Assembly: GCA_903892035.1 (NCBI GenBank)
Contig: CAITGV010000002.1
Location: 1,714-65,713, forward strand
Direction of reading: 5' to 3'
DNA from: an uncultured bacterium
GTDB taxonomy: Bacteria; Patescibacteriota; Minisyncoccia; Phycocordibacterales; UBA9973
Length of the DNA: 64,000 nucleotides
The notes under the pieces were generated by a model, which was not told where the DNA came from, searched no databases, and was given only the letters and a program-made list of their open reading frames with translations. This document shows positions 40,201 through 50,300 of the stretch, piece after piece (position 1 is the first letter of the stretch; the number at the start of each line of letters is the position of its first letter). The position numbers were made by a program, and so were the translations under genes.

Positions 40201-43200
40201 TATCAAAATTATTTAAGAAATAACTAGGATCAGGACTTCCGATAGTATTCACAGGTGAACAACCAGAAATGTCACCATTGTTTGTACAATTCATAACACC
40301 TGACGCAACTTGATTGTAATAACTATTTGTAAATGTATTACCACCCATATCTTCACCATCAATAGCGCCATACCAACTTGCAAAATTTTTCAAATTTCCC
40401 GTAAAGAAAGAGTTACTAAAAGTTGTATCTAAACTTGCAGTTACTAATCCCCCACCATTTGAAGCAGAATCTACGCCATCAATAATTCCTGAAGCATATG
40501 AATGAGAAATAGTTACATGGTCAGTATAAAATGCTACACCTCCTAACGATGTTTGCCCTGTAACATTACTTGTAGAATATGAATTATCAATATCACCGTA
40601 ACCAAAATAGCCCGCGAGTCCACCCATATACCCAGGACCCGAAAGACTACCTGTTGAGTAACTTTCAATCATATCTGATGCGTTTGAACATCCAAGTATT
40701 CCACCTATAGAATAATCAATATCAAGCAAAGGATTAATATTCAAATTTCCTGTTACATAACTTTTATCAATTGTTGACGTAACCAAATCACCCACAAGAC
40801 CACCAACAGTTGAAGCATTATCTAACTCTGGAGAAATAATATTTCCAGAATAGGATGTATTTGAAAAATATGTACTATCAGAATATCCAACAAGTCCACC
40901 GATATTTGGCCATGAACCATTGTTTGCAACATTTATAATATTTACACTTGAGTGAATATTTCCAATTAAAGAATTTTCAATATCTGCTGAAAATGACCCG
41001 ACATTGTTCATAGCCGTAATCGTGCCTGCGATATTTAGATTTTGAACCGAAGCACCATCAATGTATTGGAATAGACCAACACTAATTTCGTCTCCAAAAG
41101 TATCATCAATAGCAATCGTGATTGTATGGTCTTGTCCATCAAAATTTCCATAAAATGGCAACGATGTCCATCTCGAACCTACCATTATATTGTTTCCAAA
41201 TGAGGAACAATCAATATTATTATTCAATACATAATACGCGCCAAGATTCAAATTTATATTTTCAAATTGCTGACATGTTGTGATTTGATATGGATTACCA
41301 GAAGAACCGTCTCCACCAGCAAAGTTTGAAACAACTCCGTTGTTGAAATAATATGTACCAACACTTGAATTTCTATTTTGTGTAATGTCTTCATTTACAC
41401 GAGAATCTAGAAGAGTCCAAGTTGAATCATCATTACTTGCGTATAGATTCCAACTTATTGGATCTCTTGCTGTATTATCACCGGCTGTCCTCCATCTATA
41501 GCCATCAAAATTCACACCCTCACCCATATCAATATGAAGTATAGAGTGACCTGTCTGATTGTCACCACCACCAACTCCAAAATTATTATCTTGCCACTTT
41601 GTGTAATTATTTCCATCTATAGCCATAAATGGAATATTTTCTTTTGGATTATTTCCACTAGGATTAGTCGCTACAAAAGGTATTTCTGGAGAAATTATTT
41701 GTCCCCCAACCTCAGGAAAAAATTCTCCGACTTGAATACAATTGTTTGAACAATTTGCATCTGGACCAGCATCGCGTCTTTTTGTAATATCCCATTTCAA
41801 ATATCGGTACGAAGGAACAACAACATCATCTGCCGAAATATTTACAAGTCTTGGCAAAAAGCCAACAGTTTGATTCCAAATATCACCATCCCAAGCATCC
41901 ATTGGTTTTGCTGAAAGATTCGTAATAAAATATTTTGAATTTGGAAAACTTTCAGTGTCTACAGGTTTGCAACCATTTATACCTTGCTGATAAGTACAAG
42001 TATTTATTTGTGAATTAATCTGGTCGAAATACACATTTGTATATGTCGCGCCAGTATCGTAACCAACAAAACCTCCAAAATTATCAATAAAACTTATTAC
42101 ATTTCCTTTTGAAAAATCATCATTAAATTGATCACTGCTACTTGTGTAACCAATAAAACCTCCAGCATATGAACCACCATCAAGTCCATCTACATTCCCC
42201 GATGCATATGAGTGTTCTATTATATCTCCACCATCTGTGTATCCAATAAATCCTCCGGCAGTACCACTTGCGTGAACTGTACCAGTTGCGTATGAGTCGC
42301 TGATATATACACCTCCGTTTTGTGACGCACCAGAAAAACCTCCGACATAATTACTTCCGAGTCCACCATCAACATTTCCAGAAGCAAAACTCTCTGTTAT
42401 CGTTGAATTATCAGAAACACCAAAAAGTCCACCATATCCTGACGCGTTGGAATAATCTCCCGCTGTAACATTACCAGTCTCGTATGATTGACTTACAGTT
42501 GATAGAAATGAATAACCTATAAGACCACCAACGGTATGAAGTGTATCACTTGCTGACGCATTTATGGTTCCAGTTGATGAACTATTTTCTAAAGTTGAAT
42601 TATCAATTTCACCAATAAGCCCACCAATTTCTGGATAATAATTATCATTAAATAATGTAGTAATGTTTACACTAGAATTTACATTATAAAAATCAGAACT
42701 ATTATCAGCATAAGATACCAAACTACCTATTGTATGAGGAGAAATAATGCTTCCAGAAATATTTAAATCATGAATTGTTCCACCACTTACATATTGAAAA
42801 AGTCCAGCGCCGTCATAATCTCCATTTTCATCATCAATACTTATATATATAGTATGACCTCCACCATCAAAACTTCCAGTGAAAGGAATGCTATTTCGTA
42901 AATTTCCAATCATTACACTATTTCCGTCGCCTTCACAATGTAAATCAGTATCTAAAATATAAACATCAGAAAGATTATTATTTATATTTTCAAATTCTCC
43001 ACAAGTAGTAACACGTGTTGCAATCTGTAGAAAAGGATATCCATTATTTGTATTTCCATTAATACTCCAAGGTAGTGCAAAAGCCCAACCCGCATTTACA
43101 AACGTGCTTTTTGTTTTTAGAGTATTTGTGTTAGCACTTGTAAGGCCCGTGCAGTTTCCACCTCCACAACCATCTGACTGGCCAGCTGTTTGATTGTCCC

Positions 43201-44191
43201 AAAATGAATTAGAAAAAATTTGCCCGCCATTTCCTCGTCCCATAAAAGCTCCTGTGGATGTTGCTCCACCTCCGACACTTCCATAACTAAATGAATTTGA
43301 AATATTAGCAATTGAATAACCGACAAATCCTCCGACATCCTGAACTGTTCCTGTAACATTTACACCCGAATAAGAATTATCGATACTTCCTCCATCCGCT
43401 TCTCCGATAAGTCCTCCTACTTGAGAAGTACCAACTATTATACCTGTTGCATATGTCTCAGAAATTGTTCCGCCACCCATATATGCTGAAATTGCGCCCG
43501 TGGTTCCGCCACCAGTAATGTTTACATTTTCCAACCAAACCCTCGTGATAACAGCACCTGTCGATAATCCCCCAAAAAGAGATGCATTGTTTACTAATGG
43601 TTGATTGATAAAAAGACCAGATATTTTATACCCCATTCCATCAAAGTGACCAACAAAAGTATTATTAATATCTCCAATCGGCATAAAACCATCACCTGTA
43701 TTGTATGGATCAACATTACAATCAATATTACTTCCGAGTACATAGTACGCAGAACGATCGTTGGCCATATCTTCTAAATCAGAACAAGAATTTATTACGT
43801 AAGGATTATTAGAAATACCAGCACCTTGAGAAATTTGTGGAGCGATTTTATTTTGCGGAGGAGTTGGTTTTTGATTTAAATCTTGCGGTGTAGAAATTGG
43901 TGCTGGTGTAGGATCCGGACTTGGTGTTGGAGTTGGTGTTGGCAATGAAGCAGGGTCAGGCAATGGATCAGGAGTTGGTGTCGGAATCGGATTTGGATCA
44001 GGTGTAGGATTTGGTGTTGGAGTTGGAGTTGGATCAGGTGCCGGCGTCAAATTCTGATCTATACTCGGGGGAATAGAATCATCCGCATTAGCAATATAAA
44101 TCAATGCTTGAGATACTGGAGCGACTGTAAAAATAACAATTAATAAATTTAATAATAAAAACTTTCCACCAACTAATAAAATTTTTTTCAT
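31259..44191 (-). CDS. giant (4310 aa) cell-surface protein: signal peptide, PT-rich linker, about eight GLUG-motif modules, discoidin (F5/8 type C)-like domain, PA14 domain, FN3-like domain, Gly12 run, PG_binding_1-like C-terminus
   Basis: Uninterrupted 12.9-kb ORF. Recurring module N-P-Y-x-I-x-x-C-x-Q/L ... Y-x-L-x-x-x-I-D-C ... F-x-G-x-F-D-G-x-G-H-T-I followed by many GGLVG/GGFIG GLUG units. Discoidin-like near 41402-41809. PA14-like (VGADDEARVYVDDNLILDHWY) near 33305-33667. FN3-like near 31760-32047. LQIFLNANGFLVAKTGPGSPG near 31310-31516. Confidence 0.85.
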   Translation of the reverse strand: MKKILLVGGKFLLLNLLIVIFTVAPVSQALIYIANADDSIPPSIDQNLTPAPDPTPTPTPNPTPDPNPIPTPTPDPLPDPASLPTPTPTPSPDPTPAPISTPQDLNQKPTPPQNKIAPQISQGAGISNNPYVINSCSDLEDMANDRSAYYVLGSNIDCNVDPYNTGDGFMPIGDINNTFVGHFDGMGYKISGLFINQPLVNNASLFGGLSTGAVITRVWLENVNITGGGTTGAISAYMGGGTISETYATGIIVGTSQVGGLIGEADGGSIDNSYSGVNVTGTVQDVGGFVGYSIANISNSFSYGSVGGGATSTGAFMGRGNGGQIFSNSFWDNQTAGQSDGCGGGNCTGLTSANTNTLKTKSTFVNAGWAFALPWSINGNTNNGYPFLQIATRVTTCGEFENINNNLSDVYILDTDLHCEGDGNSVMIGNLRNSIPFTGSFDGGGHTIYISIDDENGDYDGAGLFQYVSGGTIHDLNISGSIISPHTIGSLVSYADNSSDFYNVNSSVNITTLFNDNYYPEIGGLIGEIDNSTLENSSSTGTINASASDTLHTVGGLIGYSFLSTVSQSYETGNVTAGDYSNASGYGGLFGVSDNSTITESFASGNVDGGLGSNYVGGFSGASQNGGVYISDSYATGTVHASGTAGGFIGYTDGGDIIEHSYASGNVDGLDGGSYAGGFIGYTSSSDQFNDDFSKGNVISFIDNFGGFVGYDTGATYTNVYFDQINSQINTCTYQQGINGCKPVDTESFPNSKYFITNLSAKPMDAWDGDIWNQTVGFLPRLVNISADDVVVPSYRYLKWDITKRRDAGPDANCSNNCIQVGEFFPEVGGQIISPEIPFVATNPSGNNPKENIPFMAIDGNNYTKWQDNNFGVGGGDNQTGHSILHIDMGEGVNFDGYRWRTAGDNTARDPISWNLYASNDDSTWTLLDSRVNEDITQNRNSSVGTYYFNNGVVSNFAGGDGSSGNPYQITTCQQFENINLNLGAYYVLNNNIDCSSFGNNIMVGSRWTSLPFYGNFDGQDHTITIAIDDTFGDEISVGLFQYIDGASVQNLNIAGTITAMNNVGSFSADIENSLIGNIHSSVNIINVANNGSWPNIGGLVGYSDSTYFSNTSYSGNIISPELDNASTVGGLVGDLVTSTIDKSYVTGNLNINPLLDIDYSIGGILGCSNASDMIESYSTGSLSGPGYMGGLAGYFGYGDIDNSYSTSNVTGQTSLGGVAFYTDHVTISHSYASGIIDGVDSASNGGGLVTASLDTTFSNSFFTGNLKNFASWYGAIDGEDMGGNTFTNSYYNQVASGVMNCTNNGDISGCSPVNTIGSPDPSYFLNNFDNAPLDAWDSTTIWTTAFNHLPVLDRLASDSIDTFAGGVGTLGNPFQISTCYQLQNINLGLNANYVYVLNNNIDCSDTVSWNDGAGFLPIGPDAGNKFFGTLNGNGYVISNLYEHDTDHQFAGLFGITENGSLIKNVGLENVNIINTSGGCDVGGLVGSNYGSISNTYTTGTVTSNSCDTGGLVGSHDYSDTIINSHSSVNVTGTEGAGGLVGRNEAQGVIENSYATGDVIGTYNVGGFVGLNYFIIENSFATGTVHGYSTVGGFSGYNNSIVDKSYSSGSVMAEGITYPFNNTYIGGFSGYNYGPVMDSFTTSGIYFNNGSGYTQTPLASDTYIGNLFGRNSVGTIVNNYYDKTVGGQVNCEGDGALGGMGGGECATPVNTDGADQNHFVNTSSTAPLDKWNFSTLWKTNNSTLPILQTYSTGFSGAGDGTDLSPYLITSCSQFEEINKYDLLDKYFKLITNLDCTAEHNNIMVGTVDPFTGLFDGGGHTIAVDINDYTSFNVALFQNTNGAIIGDAHIAGSVTGSSFFWQTVAGLVGYANSSSVYDSSSSANITGGDNVESIGGLAGYVENNSEIGGSFTTGNVSMQGTNIDTGGGGLVGYAGDSNFYEDYAKGNVNIVYDAGGLIGDAEFSSITNSYAQGNVVSSDTAGGLVGYNYYTNINSSYASGDVTGNLGGQDAGGLVGFFDGAMVDSFATGYITNYNQDTGGMVGYDDGDTYYENSYYDFFGSGQSGCTNNGDQSGCSPVNDPISVNTSYFKTNSTNAPLNNWDFENIWHLNPGTYPTLSAIVFGSIDPTHISTCQQLVDINNNLSGSYVLDANLDCASLGNGVMIGDNNNYFTGSFDGGGHTINININAENFDVGLFTDAQGATIGNVNITGSVVSTSNNGYYPGIGSLVGYADSTNIYDVTSSATVTSTTDDNEESAVGGIVGYIENSSYIVNSVSSGAVTDNYSAGGIGGLAGIVTGGSLIDTSSSTGAVTKNTPNGLVDYGVGGLVGYMESFSTINQSFSTGDVSSEVYTGGLVGQANGFILINNAYSTGNVLGHTMAGGLVGQANNIIDIFNSYSSGNVTGDGSGNVAGGFVGWTDSNVNIYNSFSAGAVSNFLDTYAGFAGYYGYNSVDFGNDYYDQLNSNSDNCTSNEGDFPGCEPVNTIGSPDAHYFFNNTFNDPISSWDFYIWHTQLGTYPKLTNAQSAPQDFDGGTGTVSDPYKISKCTQLSDVGNYQNDNFILTNNIDCTDTINWSNNFGQGFSPIVDFSGSFNGQGYTINHLYENLSGASAGLFSNLNSDGKVYDLNLENVNFATNQDNVGAVTAVNYGHIENVYTSGTVSGAQWIGGIAGHSMSSGHILNSYSSVAVSATDAVGGIVGQNEGIITNTFATGSVVGSQYAGGLSGLNYGTISNSYATGSVTGYNNGDDGAGLSGYNAGSISNSFATGFVSSFLNNTGGITGVNGGTLTNNFYDYTNTGVVGCAHNEDVSGCSPVNTDGFDPNYFKDTNANAPLASWNFTSTWQANADNLPTLRSNLFSSTYSGSGEGTANNKYQISTCAQFEEMDNVGLLDKHYLLMNSLECADEGNHIMIGTKIPFSGVLDGGGNSIDVNIDDSLSYAVGLLQNTNGASILNLVVNGNINSTNASSGTGALFGSGNNLTLTNIVSNANVTSNQYYTGGIGGYVQATNNYSSVFSNINSNGIISGIYCVGGLFGYMDNVDQSGARITLSNSTSTSMINSSSNQIGGLIGSATISGRYQSNDTAGLTISNSSHTVGLISDGYDVGGLIGQLIQNNSSVVSITNSFAENDISNGQNSDTGGLIGNYNNYEGTLTFTGNHYSGNVTNIDGDDYTGGLFGYFYLDQENGNIDISVNISNNYSTGTVEGYSNTGGLIGNLDLENWVSNRSVNFTMENNYSTSNVSAEGGAIGGLVGNYYLYNESNTGFTNNFNLNYFSGDVQGNADVGGLIGVYDSTDNSNDQYILSSLMDQNYSTGHVTGYYTDSYAGGFIGEYAYSGGIPLILSNSYSTSTVTGINYVGGLIGSMDEYGILSSVYFAGNVVSTDSGYKGGGLIGETFSSALITDSFVKGNVSGFSLGYAALVGDMKGEPVISSNNYYDKTASGGLDCAGYSDVMENCTAVNTDGSDANYFVANDSNAPLTSWDFSGEPIWDVNTSHLPTLHALVSDDPIGAYTAEYWSGIVSDSEIIIPDRPADLTTNTDSVNYDWGYDGDPVGVGNSVFTARYTETVDLSAGNYIFTVGADDEARVYVDDNLILDHWYYQGSSTSINVNLDGGNHTIRVEYLGVGVPDYLHFGYVLSPFDGGTGLSGDPYQISTCQQFMDINDFLSSNFVLENDLHCAGNGNNIMVGSYNQETGFHGEFDGGGHTIDFAIDDSAGNSDGDGLFQYVFESYIHDLNLTGTISSIHNVGALTSLAVFTEIVNVNSSVTVTAGPNGGFYPDIGGLVGFGLMVGINLHTTGDVNASTSDTIHSIGGLIGAINGSPYIAESSSTGNVTAPDNDDQSGAGGLIGIDDDSHLYSDFAIGNVHGGNGNSYVGGLVGASQNGNLDAENSYARGNVSGANYVGGFIGYLDGTDQITNSYSTGNVDGIDAGGSGGGFVGYSSGNDSLTNLFSVGTVSNFTTDYGGFAGYLSGDDTILNDYFDKTNSGQNDCVFGQSINGCSAVNTDGNSPNYFKYNNYVAPLSSWSFTNDGVWGIVPNDFPQLTWMLDITGPTVTSSVSNVTKTSATLNGNITDTGGQNASIRGFYWGTTGDYGQTITQNSGPYGTGAFSTNLSNLSCGTTYHFASYAVNSYTQMTTEDSTFTTSSCSNGGGGGGGGGGGWYVAPTPTPTTTNTCQSGYVLDSSNKCVIVNVNNTQNNTTVDPYGVKPIIAGSLTGYKFPKNLAPNSTDISVKRLQIFLNANGFLVAKTGPGSPGQETNLFGPATKKALIAFQEYHFKQILAPQGLKKGTGLFWTYSRKVVNEILAKTVTTSKK

Positions 44192-44253
44192 AAAGTAAAT
44201 ATATTATATCAATTATGAAATGAATAACGAAATATTTTAAACTGGGGAAAACA

Positions 44254-44285
44254 AAAAAACTTTTATATTTCTATAAAAGTTTTTT
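44254..44285. terminator. AT-rich 14-bp-stem hairpin AAAAAACTTTTATA-tttc-TATAAAAGTTTTTT between the two giant genes
   Basis: Read directly. Perfect palindromic arms with T-run after the hairpin on the minus strand. Confidence 0.4.
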
Positions 44286-44307
44286 TGTTTATTCAAATTA
44301 TATAATT

Positions 44308-47300
44308 TTACTTCCCTGCCAAAATCATCTTCTTAATCAATGCTCTTGTCAGAGGTCCAAGTGCACCAGTTTGTTGAAGCTTGTTTGCTTTCTGGAATTT
44401 TTTAATAGCTGCTACTGTTTTTAGTCCCAAATAGTTGTTTTCATTTCCAGGTGAACCTGCACCAGTCTTTGAGATGATATAGCCATTTGCATTTAAGAAT
44501 ATTTGAAGGGCTTTTATAGTGAGATTTAAGTTTCCATATGAAAGTGTTTTCTTTAGAACGAGTAACGGGTTTGTATCTCCGCTACCACCATTTCCAATAG
44601 ATGAATTATTGTTTGTATTTGATGCAGGTGGTTGATTTGTTGTTGGTGGTGCAATATATCCTCCACCTCCACCACCACCGCCGTGGCTTATATTTGTATT
44701 TGTTGGACAAGTACTTGTAATAAATGTTGCATCAGGAGATACTCCAGTTCCTGCAGAATTTGTTGCATAAGCCTGATAATGGAATGTAGTACCACACGCA
44801 AGCCCTGTGATTGTTGAAGTAAATGTTCCAGTTGAAAAGCTTGCGGTAATTGTTGTTTGTGAACCATATGAATTTGTTGGTCCATAATAGAATCCATGCA
44901 CGGTAGAATTCTCGCCACCATTTGCTGTAATATTTCCATTCAATACTGCACCTGAAATTGTAACGCTCGATGATGTTGGAGTTGCAATTGTCGGTTGAGA
45001 TACTGGACCTGCAGTTACAGCTAGTGAGAATATGTCAGTATTTAATGAGTGGTGTATTTGATTTGGAACAATGTCTGCGCCATTTCCAGAGAATTTGATT
45101 ACGCGAGTGTTGTATGTATCTTGGTACACTTGATGGTCTGCATCTGTTGGATAACTTTCTGTATCGTGATATGGATAACTACTCATTTCATTGAATGGTA
45201 GTGGGAGGATAGTATCACCAAGTGGACGGCCGTAGTTCTTTTGATAGTCCCAAGATTTGTATATGAAATCACGAACTGTACCATCTGCTTGTGTTGGTAC
45301 TGCATACTTAAGTGACAATTCATCACCTTGCACCATGATGACAAATTTATTATCTACATCAGAAAGTAGCGAAGTGACATCACCATATTTTGTAGCATTA
45401 CCAGTGATTTGATTTCCAACAAATGCATTTGTAAGAGTGTCGTATACTGGTTGCTCCAATTTCATTTTTGGATCAGATGGATTTGTTAATTCTTTTTGTG
45501 ATACACCACGAAAACCAAGATTCGCAGAATATGCTGGTTCATTTGTGACAGTGACTGTTTCGTCTGGAGTGGTGTCGACTGCGAGATAGTCAATGTCCCA
45601 TTGGCGAATATTACTCATCGAAATTATTCGAATAGTATTGTCTTTGATATTCATTCCAGAAAGGTCAATGACTTTTGTCTGTGTTCCTTCAGCATTTACA
45701 AGGTTGCGAGATGCATGAGTAGTATCAGCACGAGTTGTGATAAATGGATTTTTGTCAGCAGGCATATCGACAAACACACCACTTGAATTTTTGTACTGGA
45801 ATTTATCGCGACTGATATCAGATGGCTTTGTTGGATATGGACCTTCCTTACCACGCTTTATAACAAGCTTGAGATTTGCAGGGGTTGTAGAATCATTTGA
45901 AAGTTTTACCTGCAAATATGATGGAGTTGCATTTGGAGTCACAGTACTGTGCCAATACATATTGTCATCTTGAGCTACAAGGTTTTTTACATCGCGACCA
46001 TTTTCATCTGTGACTGACACTGGAGCAGAGGCATTTTTTGAGACTGTGTGAATCGTGCCATTGTCACGATAGTCTGGATACACATTTACATTTGCACTGT
46101 GGTCAATGATTTGCAACTGTGCCTGGTCGTAGTAATCTACTTCGTTCAATTCTGTTGTATTTTTTATATCGTAGTATGTCTCACCATTTACTGTATGAGG
46201 TACAAGTGAACCGCTTGGCATTTGTGCGTAAGCTAGGGGTTGCGCATATGTACTATTTGCATTTGGGTCCTGATACCAAGGATTTGCTTTCCAAAGAGCT
46301 CCACTCATTCCTAGGTCTGGTGCTCCAGAAGTTGAAACGTCTGTTATGAATTTATATTCGTGACCATCCCATGTAAACAAATATGGACACGATGCTGAGA
46401 ATGGACCTTGGAGTGGGCTTGTGTTCGTATGATTATCAGAAGTTGTAGAGCGAACCATGAAATATAGAGATGAGGCAGACATACCACCGTTATTTAAATT
46501 GTGAGAAGTTGTTGAATCACCTAAAGCAGAAAGATACCCTGCATTGAAATCATTAATGTAATATTTTAGCGTGAATACATTATTTGTTGGATTAATTGAA
46601 TATATCGAACCTTGCCCACCGTACGTAGTTCCGTATAAGGTTCCGTTTGATTCGACGAATGGAGCATTAGGATTTCTACCATGCGTACCGTCAAAGTCAT
46701 GAATGTCGGTGAATGTAGAATTTGAAGGATTGAACGAAAATACGGTACCTTGATTATTTACCCCTCCATACACTGTTGTACTAAACAAGATTCCATTTAC
46801 ATTTAATAGCGAAGCCTGGGGAGAGTTTCCATCCGTACCATTAAAATTATGAATATCAGTGAATGTAGAATTGGAAGTATTGAATGAAAAGATGATACCT
46901 TGACCATTTGCTCCGCCACTTTGTGTTGTGCCATACAGAATTCCACCTACATCCGTAAATCCTGCATAAGGATATGCTCCACTTGTATTGTCAAAGTCGT
47001 GAAGTTTTGTGAATGCATTTCCATTTGTGGTATCGACAGAGAAGATAGTGCCGTAGCCGTTTGTACCTGCATTTACAGTTCCACCATAGAGAACTCCATT
47101 TACATTTAGAAGTTCGGTATAAGGATTTGCACCATTGGTCGAATCGAAATCATGAATGTCTGTGTATGTTGAATTTGAGGGATTGAATGAGTATATTGCA
47201 CCATAATTATTTGAGCTAGCATACGCAGAACCATATAGGATTCCACCCACATCAACGAGAGCATTGTAAGGATTTGCACCGTGAGTGTTGTCGAAGTCAT

Positions 47301-50300
47301 AAACATCGGTATATGTATTATTTGAAGGGTCAAAAGAGAAAATAGTACCATAACCATATGCTCCACCATATACAGTATTACCATACAATATTCCACTTAC
47401 ATTTATCATTGTAGCCTGAGAATTTGATCCGTGAGTTAGATCAAAATTGTGCACTACAGTATATGTTGAATTTGCAGGATTGAAAGAGAAAATAGTACCG
47501 TAACCATTTGGTCCCTGATATTCTGTCGTTCCATAAAAAATTCCATTAACTTCAACCAAGGCATCTCGTGGATTCGCTCCATCGTGATGACTTGTCGCAT
47601 CAAGAAATTCTTGCCATGTCGCATGAGGACGACTGTCATAAACTACTTCACTATTTGAAGCAACGTCTGTATTCCAATTAAAATTGCCAATACCATCAAA
47701 ATAAATATTTGATATCAATGGCTCTCCTGCTTTCTCTGCCTTTGCCCACACCCAAGTATTACCAGAGCCGTCATTGTATTTGGTTCCTGTCTTTGTGCCA
47801 GATAGTGAACAGTCAGATGGTGAACCAGTACAACCTACTTGAGATTGAAGAGTTTCCCATGCACTTGTATCGAAGTTCCAGATATATAGTGATGTGTGCA
47901 TTGTATTATTTGCATCACCGTGACCTGTCCAGTTGATTGTGTATTTTGGATTGACTATACCTGTTAGGTCTTTTGATATTTTGTAGACTTGAGAATCGTA
48001 ACCTCCACCAGAGAGTGCTGTGATCCAGTAGGTACCATCTTTTGTAAATGTTTTACTTACGTTACCTGAGAGAACTCCTGGATTTGTAGGAGAAACTTCC
48101 ACATCGTGACTTTCATAACCTGTGATTGTGACAGCGTGGTTACTTGTGCCAAAAGCTTGGAGTGTTGGAAGAGTGCCTGTGTTTGTTTGCCAAACATCTG
48201 TGAAATTCCAAGCTGAAAGTGGTGCTTGTGAGTGAGTATTTTGGAAGTAGGTTGAGTTTGGTGAGTCGGTGGTGTTGACGGCGTTACAGCCGGAAATATC
48301 AGACGTGCCAACACAACCAGTTTGACCTGAAGCTATTTGGTCGTAGAAATTGTTGGTATAATGATTGCCACTGTCGTAGTCGTGACCAGCAAATCCACCG
48401 TAGCTACTGTCGAAATGAATTACAGAACCAGTTGAGAACGAATTTACATATGTATCATCACCATTTTGACCTGCGAACCCTCCACCACTATCTCCACCGC
48501 TAACTCCATCTACATTTCCAGATGCGTATGTATTTGTGTATGTATTATAACTTCCACCATATCCAATAAACCCACCTGCTTCATATGAACTCGTCACATT
48601 CCCTGATGCATATACATCTTGGAAATTTACATGATCAGCATAACCAATAAAACCACCGCCACCATATGTTATCGACACATTACCGGATGCATAGCTTTGT
48701 AAAATACTTGTATTGTCTGCGCCACCAATAAAGCCTCCCGCAGTATCCATATCATTACCTACCGTTACATTTCCAGTTGCAAAACTTGTATCTATAACTG
48801 AATTTGAATCATAACCAATAAATCCACCAATATCGTCCGTAGAACTGATTACATTTCCAGTGGCACTACTTCCTGAAACTACGTCATTAATAGTAGATCC
48901 AATAAGTCCACCTGTATAAGAAGTTCCACCTGTTACAATAACCGAAGAATTCACATTCGAAATTATTGAATATTGTGAATATCCAGAAAGAGCTCCGACT
49001 TGCTCGTAAAGTTCCGTTATATTTCCTGTAATATTTAGATTCTGAATTATTGCATTATTTGTCTGATTAAAAAGACCAGCACTACTGTAATTATCATTTA
49101 CATCGTTTATTGCAATTTGTATTGTGTGTCCTTGTCCGTCAAAACTTCCAGAAAACGGAGTGCTAACACCAACCATTATATTGTTTGCTTCACCACGACA
49201 ATCCAAATCTGTGGTGAGAACATAGTCACCAGAAAGATTGTTGTTGATGTTTTCGAAATCTGCACAAGTTGCAATTGAGGATTGGACTGTAGTTTGAGCA
49301 ACATCATCAGAAGTTAGATTGTGAAGCGTTGGCAAGTGACCTCCGTCTGCATCCCAAATGTTTTGGAAATTCCATTGATCGAGTGGAGCGTTTGTAAAGT
49401 TGCCTTTGAAATAGTTTGGTGAGTGTCCGTCGGTGTTGACTGCGGTACAGCCAGAAATATCAACACCTGAAACACAACCCGGTATACCACTTTTTGTTCG
49501 GTCATAAAAATTATTAACTGAATCATAATCACCAAAGTCACCACCAGCAAATGATCCACCTGTATCAAGATTTGTTAGTGTTCCAAAAGAAAATGAATTT
49601 GATATATTATTCAAATCTGATAGACCTATAAAGCCTCCAATATCAGAACCAGCACTTATTCCGTCTACATTTCCAGAAGAATATGAATTGGTTATTGTGC
49701 TATCTTGAATGTATCCACCAAAACCACCAGCACCACTACTACCACTAACATTACCTGTGGAATAAGAATTTGAAATAATTGTAGGGGTGTTTGTAATATA
49801 AGTTTGTCCAATCAAGCCACCCACATAACTAGTTCCAACAACAGATGCACCTGCAAAATAGTTTTGGTCTAGCGTTGCATTTAATAAATTACTTCCGCTT
49901 TCATCATCAGAATAATAATACCCAATAAGTCCACCAGCACTGTTAGCTCCAGAAGTTACTGTTGATGTAGAATAATTTTTATTAAAGTTAAAATTTAATC
50001 CAACCGATCCCAAAGTACTAAGTTCTAAATCACCAATCAGTCCACCCACTCTCGAATCGACTCCGCTGACTGTCGCGTCTGAATGGTTAGTAGAAACTAC
50101 TACATTTGTATCATAAGTACCATCTGCCCATATATCCATATAACCAGAGAGACCTCCAACACCACTATAACCATGTATCAAACCAGAACTATAATTATTT
50201 AATATATTTATATTTAAATCAGCAGTTTGAATATAATTGATTACATCAAAGTCTCCAAAAATTCCACCAACATTACTACCATCTGATGTTATATTTCCAG

